From NCBI GenBank assembly GCA_964533055.1, contig CAZHKZ010000003.1:2483-66482 (forward strand): a stretch of 64,000 nucleotides of DNA. The letters run 5' to 3'. The DNA comes from an uncultured Gammaproteobacteria bacterium (lineage in GTDB: Bacteria > Patescibacteriota > Microgenomatia > Levybacterales > UBA12049). The translations under genes were made by a program, and so were the position numbers. The number at the start of each line of letters is the position of its first letter. Positions within the stretch are counted from its first letter, which is position 1. A model generated the notes under the pieces. That model was given only the letters and a program-made list of their open reading frames with translations, searched no databases and was not told where the DNA came from. Below are positions 59,035 to 64,000 of the stretch, in pieces.

Positions 59035-60306
59035 ATGGCAGATTTAAATCAAAACGATATTCTTTCTCTCGAGAAAAAACTCTTAGAGAGACAAGAAAAA
59101 ATTGAAGCAAAGCAAGAGCAGCTTGAAAAAGAGGCTGAAGTACTTGAGCAAAAAAGAGAAGAGTATAAGAAGAAGCTTGAGCAAAGCGCTGGGCTTACCC
59201 GCGAAGAAGCTAAGAAGTCACTTCTTGAAGAGACTGAAAAAGACGCTACTCAGATGATGGCTAAGATCATCAAGGAGAAGGAAGAAGAGGCTAAGGCTAC
59301 TGCGTCTCATAGATCAAGAGAAATTGTTGTAGATGCAATGCGTCATGGCGCTCTTGATTATATTGCTGAGTATACGGTCTCAGTTATTAAGGTTGCAGAT
59401 GAGGAGATAAAGGGTCGAATTATTGGAAAAGAAGGTAGAAATATTCGAGCATTTGAACAGGCTACTGGAGTTGACGTTGATCTTGATGAGGAAGGAATCA
59501 TTCGGCTTTCATCATTTGACCAAGTAAGGCGTGAAGTCGCAAGGCTTTCACTTGAGAAATTGCTTGTTGATACTCGAATTCAGCCATTCAGAATTGAGGA
59601 AGTTGTAGATCAGACTAAAAAGGAAGTTGAGAAAGTTATGTTTGAAGAGGGTCAAAAGCTTGCAGTAGAGGTTGGCGTATTCAATCTTCCGACTGAGATT
59701 TATTCAACTCTTGGTCGTTTCAAATTCCGAACGTCTTTTGGTCAGAACCTCGTTGTCCATACGCTTGAGGAGACCAAGATTGGTATCCATATTGCCCAAG
59801 AGATGGGTGCGAATGTCGATGTTGTTCGTCTTGGCTGCCTCTTTCATGATATTGGAAAAGTCATTGAAGGTGATGGAAGTCACGTAAAATTAGGCGTTGA
59901 GTATCTTAATAAATTCAATCTTCCAGAAACAGTTGTTAATTGTGTCGCTGAGCATCATGAGGATAAACCATTCTCGTCGGTTGAGTCTATCATTGTGCAT
60001 ATTGCTGATTCTATCTCAGGTGCTAGACCCGGTGCACGCTATGAAGATGTTGAGAACTACGGTAAGAGGCTTAAGGAGATGGAAGAGATCGCTAAGCGCT
60101 ATGAGGGCGTTGAGGACGCATATGCATTCGAGGCCGGTAGAGAATTAAGAGTAATTATTAATCCTGGTAAACTTGATGACTCACAGACGGTGATTCTCTC
60201 CAAGAAGATTCAGGAGGAAGTTAGTCGTGCTTTGGCAGTTCCAGGCGAGGTAAAAGTTACGGCAATTCGCGAGTTCCGCTCAGTCTATCCAGAACACACT
60301 TCATAG
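59035..60306 (+). CDS. rny: Ribonuclease Y, no TM anchor
   Basis: Coiled coil; KH KGRIIGKEGRNIR; HD FHDIGK; ADSISGARPGAR; AGRELRV. Confidence 0.96.
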   Translation: MADLNQNDILSLEKKLLERQEKIEAKQEQLEKEAEVLEQKREEYKKKLEQSAGLTREEAKKSLLEETEKDATQMMAKIIKEKEEEAKATASHRSREIVVDAMRHGALDYIAEYTVSVIKVADEEIKGRIIGKEGRNIRAFEQATGVDVDLDEEGIIRLSSFDQVRREVARLSLEKLLVDTRIQPFRIEEVVDQTKKEVEKVMFEEGQKLAVEVGVFNLPTEIYSTLGRFKFRTSFGQNLVVHTLEETKIGIHIAQEMGANVDVVRLGCLFHDIGKVIEGDGSHVKLGVEYLNKFNLPETVVNCVAEHHEDKPFSSVESIIVHIADSISGARPGARYEDVENYGKRLKEMEEIAKRYEGVEDAYAFEAGRELRVIINPGKLDDSQTVILSKKIQEEVSRALAVPGEVKVTAIREFRSVYPEHTS

Positions 60307-60336
60307 TCATTTAGCTTGATATAGCAGAATAATCTC

Positions 60337-60365
60337 TTGACAAGCCTTCGTTTTCCTTGTACTGT
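60337..60365 (+). promoter_or_regulatory. Promoter of HU gene
   Basis: TTGACA-N17-TACTGT. Confidence 0.7.
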
Positions 60366-60497
60366 AAATCTAATCTTGATTTTTACCTACTGCTCAATCA
60401 ATCTTCGTTCTCATTCCCTCTTAGCTTTCGCAATAGCTCGAGATATTCTCTATTCTGATTTTTTCTTCATAAATATTGTGAGAGGAGGTGATCGTGC

Positions 60498-60770
60498 ATG
60501 ACAAAAAAAGATCTTATTGAGGTTGTTGCTAAGAAATCAAATCTTACACACAAGGCTGCGCGCGATTCTGTTCAAACTACACTGAACACTATTCGAGATT
60601 CTCTCAAAAGAGGGGAAAAAGTGGTTCTAACTGGGTTTGGGACTTTTAGCGTGAGAACAAGAGCTGAGAGAGTTGGTCGTAATCCAAAGACTGGGGAGAG
60701 GATCACCCTTGCTGCTCGAAAAGCTCCTGGTTTTACTCCCGGGAAGACGTTTAAGAAGGTAATTAGATAA
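60498..60770 (+). CDS. hup: DNA-binding protein HU
   Basis: GFGTF..R..RVGRNPKTGE; AGGAGGTGA upstream. Confidence 0.96.
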   Translation: MTKKDLIEVVAKKSNLTHKAARDSVQTTLNTIRDSLKRGEKVVLTGFGTFSVRTRAERVGRNPKTGERITLAARKAPGFTPGKTFKKVIR

Positions 60771-60775
60771 TTTTA

Positions 60776-61158
60776 TTAGGAAGGTAGTAAGCCAGATTCT
60801 GTTTGCCCGCTCTACTCTTTCGAGTATGGTGAGTTGATCGCAATCTATCTTATTAATGATACTAATATCATCATATATCCGCCATTTAGGCGCGATGCCC
60901 TCGCATTGTTGCTCTCGTATATAGAGAATGCGCAACGGTCGGAGGTTGCAGTGGGGAGGATTATCCGTTTCACACCTACTCGTCTCTGTTATTCTCAGAT
61001 ACCGTCAATTCAGTACCTGTCCTAGCTCATGTGTGTAGGTAAATAAGCTAAGCACTAGCTATTACTAGTCGGAGCTTACGCCCCGTCCCCAATATACGTC
61101 TGTCTGGACTTTCCTCTACATTCATATAATTGAACGTAGTAGCGATCCACCTTCCTAA
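60776..61158 (-). ncRNA. rnpB: RNase P RNA
   Basis: Minus strand: GAGGAAAGUCC, AACAGAGA, GUGAAAC, ACAGAAUCUGGCUUA; P1 UUAGGAAGGU/ACCUUCCUAA; P2 GAUCGC/GCGAUC; P6 CGUAUAU/AUAUACG. Confidence 0.93.
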
Positions 61159-61165
61159 CTAGATG

Positions 61166-61194
61166 ATTATAAGTAAATAAATACTATAAGTCAA
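61166..61194 (-). promoter_or_regulatory. Promoter of rnpB
   Basis: TTGACT-N17-TATAAT, 7 nt before P1. Confidence 0.8.
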
Positions 61195-61199
61195 ATTGC

Positions 61200-64000
61200 C
61201 TAGCTCGAATTGCAGATCATTGAATACTCACAGTTTCTGCAGAGAATTCCTCGGCTGCATTCAAAATTACTTTGAGATATCTCCTTTATGCTAGCTATAA
61301 TTTTTTCCTTAGCTGCAGCAAGATCCTCGTTGGATCTTTTTGTTGAAAATGTTTTGCCAAGTTCAAGATAAATAAGCGATAATGTTACGTCTTGAGGGTT
61401 CTTGTTAAGGATTTCAGATTTTACCTCATTTGCAGCAAGCGCATAAAATGTCAGTTGAAAGTCGTCTTTTAATTTCTTTTCATCAGGTGCATTCGGTCCA
61501 GTTTTGTAATCAATTACTTCTATCTCACCGCTAGGTAGTTGGTCAATTCTATCAATTCGCCCACCAACCTTTACTTTATCAAGCCAGAACTGAAAAGGGA
61601 CTTCGATCCCAATAGTATTTGGCCTTGAATCAAGCGTATTTTGCGCATAGGATACAAGCATCTTTGATGCTTGCTCATAAGCCTTTTCCTCATGTGATTT
61701 ACTAGAATAGCCCTTATTGATCCAGTTCTTCTTAAGCATTTCAATAATCGATGGAGCTTTAATATCACCTGTTGTCGTTGTAGATGCCAAGGCGAAAAAG
61801 AAGTCTCGTAGAGCGCTATGAACGCTTACGCCGTAGCTTAAAGCAGGAGAAGGTGCTGATGGAACATTAAGGATGTAGCGAAGTTTGTAGTGAAGTGGAC
61901 AGACATCAAATGTTTGAATCTGAGAATAGGAGATATAAGTGATTGGTTTGGGAATTCTACCTGCCTCAATTTCTAGATCGAGAGATTTATGCGCTGTCGC
62001 ATCATTGGCAATCTCAAGAAGCGAAAGTTGAGAAGTATCTTTTGTTTGGTTTTTTCTTTCAATTACTCTAGTGACTGCCTCACTCCCTAGTACCTCGGTG
62101 ATAAATGGCGATAATTTTCTTTCTCTTTTTCCGCCTGGATAGAGAAGAGCTGCGGTGAGAAAGAGATAGGATTTAGCTCGAGTCATTGCAACATAAAAAA
62201 GCCGTCTTTCTTCCTGAAGATTCTCATCTCCTTCTGGTAGATCTTCTCGGATGAGTTCCTGTGGAACTGGAATCTGCTCCTTACGATCCCTACCGGGAAA
62301 TCGCTGCGTTACAAGGCTCACAACAAATACAACTGGGAATTCGAGTCCCTTACTTGAATGCACCGTGAGGATATTAACTGCGTCAATACTATTTGTATCA
62401 ATGTTTGATGCTGATGGACTTTCTCCCATCTCAATTGCCATATCAAGCCAATCAACAGCTGCAAAAACAGAAGCATCTTTTTGTGAATTAGAAAATGTTG
62501 TAAGTCTATTGAAAAATGATGCAACGTTCTCTGCCTGTGCTTCAGTTTGAAGTGTCTTTGGGTCAAGATAGTATGCTAAAAGGCCCGAGGTCTCAAAAAA
62601 AGAATAAAGTATCTGGCCAACGTCTAATTTGGGCAACATTTGCATATGAGTTTTAAGAAGGTGGAGTACTTTTTTGGTTTTTACATGCCCGTCTTTTGTG
62701 AGAGGAAGAGATTCATGTCCTTCAAGTGCTTGAAAAAGTGTGAGGTTCTCGGACTTTGTGTATGTAAGTAGCATTGTGATATCTCTTGCATCAAGATCGA
62801 AAATTGGCATTGTACAAACTCTATATAGGGATGAGTTGTCGTCAAAATTTATGAGTGCGTGAAGAAAGGCAATAAGATCCTTTATCTCGGTTTGTTCATA
62901 GAGCTTTGTTGGACCAAGAAATTGATACTCAATCTGTGCTCTGTCAAGGGTTCTTTGAAAAGGAGTAGCGTGATCGTTTGCTCTAACAAGAATCGCAAAA
63001 TCTCGATTTGCATATCCTTTACTTTTTTTTAGTTCAATAATTTTTTTAACAATTTTATCCGCCTCATCATCGCCAGTTTTAGCGAGAATAAGCTCTATGT
63101 TATTTTCATCTGTCTTTATCATCGATTCGAGCTTTTTATTAATACCCTCTTTTATTTCAAGTCTATATGGATTGTTATTTTGAATTAGTTTGTATGCCCC
63201 ATCGAGGATCATCTGACTTGAACGATAATTTTTTGTTAGAGATACCACCTTCGCATCGGGGAAGTGCGATCTAAATTGGAGCATGTTAGAGAGCGCTGCG
63301 CCCCTCCATCTGTAGATGCTTTGATCATCATCCCCAACAACTGTAATATTTTTCTCCTCACCGCTTAATAAAATGGCAAGTTCATTTTGCGCATAGTTAG
63401 TATCCTGGAATTCATCAACAAGGATGAACTTAAATTTTTCTTGATACTTCCTAAGGATGTGAGGTCTTTCTCTTAATAACTTTAGAGAGTTGGAAATAAG
63501 ATCAGAAAAATCCATCACATCGTTCTGCGCTTTTAATTTTTCATAAAGTACATATGCCTGAGATAGCTCTTCTATTTTTTTACTTTCATCAGGAAGTGCT
63601 GTTGAGTCTTTGGAAAATTTCTTAGAGAAACTAAGGTAGCTATCGGGAGATATGTCGTCATCTTTAAGTCGGCTGAAGTGCTGGACTAATCCTTGAAGAA
63701 ATTTGGTGGGATTTCCTAGCGGTGTAAAGTATGTCAGATTAAGTGCGAATAAATTCTTTTTGAGAAATAAAAGCGATTGAGCCTCTGTCATTAGTTGATA
63801 GGTTGGACTAAGTCCGATATGAATGGCATTTTCTCGAAGAAGTCTATCGCAGAATGCGTGAAATGTCTCAATCCACATATCTGCATATCCATAAGGCATG
63901 ATCTCATCAACTCTTGTTTGCATTTCTGCGGCAGCTTTTTCTGTGAATGTGAGAGAGAGGATATTGGAAGGGGAAACGTTTTTTTCTAAGATGAGATGTT
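61200..64000 (-). CDS. UvrD-family helicase fused to PD-(D/E)XK nuclease, 5' end outside window
   Basis: Frame open to window edge (..LSLTFTEKAAAEMQ); VDEFQD, TVHSSKGLEF, YVAMTRA; GRIDRID..VIDYKTG; CP..Y plus CxxC..C. Confidence 0.92.
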   Translation of the reverse strand, partial: HLILEKNVSPSNILSLTFTEKAAAEMQTRVDEIMPYGYADMWIETFHAFCDRLLRENAIHIGLSPTYQLMTEAQSLLFLKKNLFALNLTYFTPLGNPTKFLQGLVQHFSRLKDDDISPDSYLSFSKKFSKDSTALPDESKKIEELSQAYVLYEKLKAQNDVMDFSDLISNSLKLLRERPHILRKYQEKFKFILVDEFQDTNYAQNELAILLSGEEKNITVVGDDDQSIYRWRGAALSNMLQFRSHFPDAKVVSLTKNYRSSQMILDGAYKLIQNNNPYRLEIKEGINKKLESMIKTDENNIELILAKTGDDEADKIVKKIIELKKSKGYANRDFAILVRANDHATPFQRTLDRAQIEYQFLGPTKLYEQTEIKDLIAFLHALINFDDNSSLYRVCTMPIFDLDARDITMLLTYTKSENLTLFQALEGHESLPLTKDGHVKTKKVLHLLKTHMQMLPKLDVGQILYSFFETSGLLAYYLDPKTLQTEAQAENVASFFNRLTTFSNSQKDASVFAAVDWLDMAIEMGESPSASNIDTNSIDAVNILTVHSSKGLEFPVVFVVSLVTQRFPGRDRKEQIPVPQELIREDLPEGDENLQEERRLFYVAMTRAKSYLFLTAALLYPGGKRERKLSPFITEVLGSEAVTRVIERKNQTKDTSQLSLLEIANDATAHKSLDLEIEAGRIPKPITYISYSQIQTFDVCPLHYKLRYILNVPSAPSPALSYGVSVHSALRDFFFALASTTTTGDIKAPSIIEMLKKNWINKGYSSKSHEEKAYEQASKMLVSYAQNTLDSRPNTIGIEVPFQFWLDKVKVGGRIDRIDQLPSGEIEVIDYKTGPNAPDEKKLKDDFQLTFYALAANEVKSEILNKNPQDVTLSLIYLELGKTFSTKRSNEDLAAAKEKIIASIKEISQSNFECSRGILCRNCEYSMICNSS

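Noticed and set aside
60627-61025. ORFs 60627-60935 and 60834-61025
   Set aside because: The region is explained by the RNase P RNA gene and hup.
61200-61950. Cas4 or CRISPR system
   Set aside because: The nuclease is fused to a UvrD helicase; no repeat-spacer array or cas genes were seen.
1670-63989. Many short overlapping or antisense ORFs in the track (e.g. 26954-27502, 39250-39741, 46274-46672, 56319-56762)
   Set aside because: They shadow well-supported genes and have no motifs or start signals.
1-64000. Genetic code 25 (TGA read as Gly)
   Set aside because: TGA ends rpsQ, rplO, adk and cmk at the expected places, and conserved genes are intact under code 11.

Overview
AT-rich core-genome segment of a bacterium using genetic code 11, most likely Patescibacteria/CPR and probably Microgenomates (inferred from rpmD missing between rpsE and rplO, trimmed enzymes, PilN/PilO and FemAB genes). 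It carries fusA, tuf and the S10-spc-alpha ribosomal cluster through rplM-rpsI, including rpmJ, which the ORF track missed. Also present: a GT-C/YYY glycosylation locus beside pilin-assembly genes, a two-subunit ATP-citrate lyase between fusA and tuf, recA-recX-rny-HU, tRNA-Pro(GGG), an RNase P RNA gene and two UvrD-family helicases. No CRISPR array, rRNA, prophage or transposase was seen. Most notable: (1) a 30-nt in-frame double-hairpin element inside rplC; (2) an RNase P RNA with a rebuilt specificity domain and a candidate new pseudoknot; (3) many -10 elements 5-9 nt before ATG, including a palindromic bidirectional one; (4) a strong U(-1)/TAATATG start context; (5) structured leaders before rny, rplQ, rplC, tuf, fusA and infA. 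All structures were folded by eye and all family calls rest on recognised motifs, not database searches.
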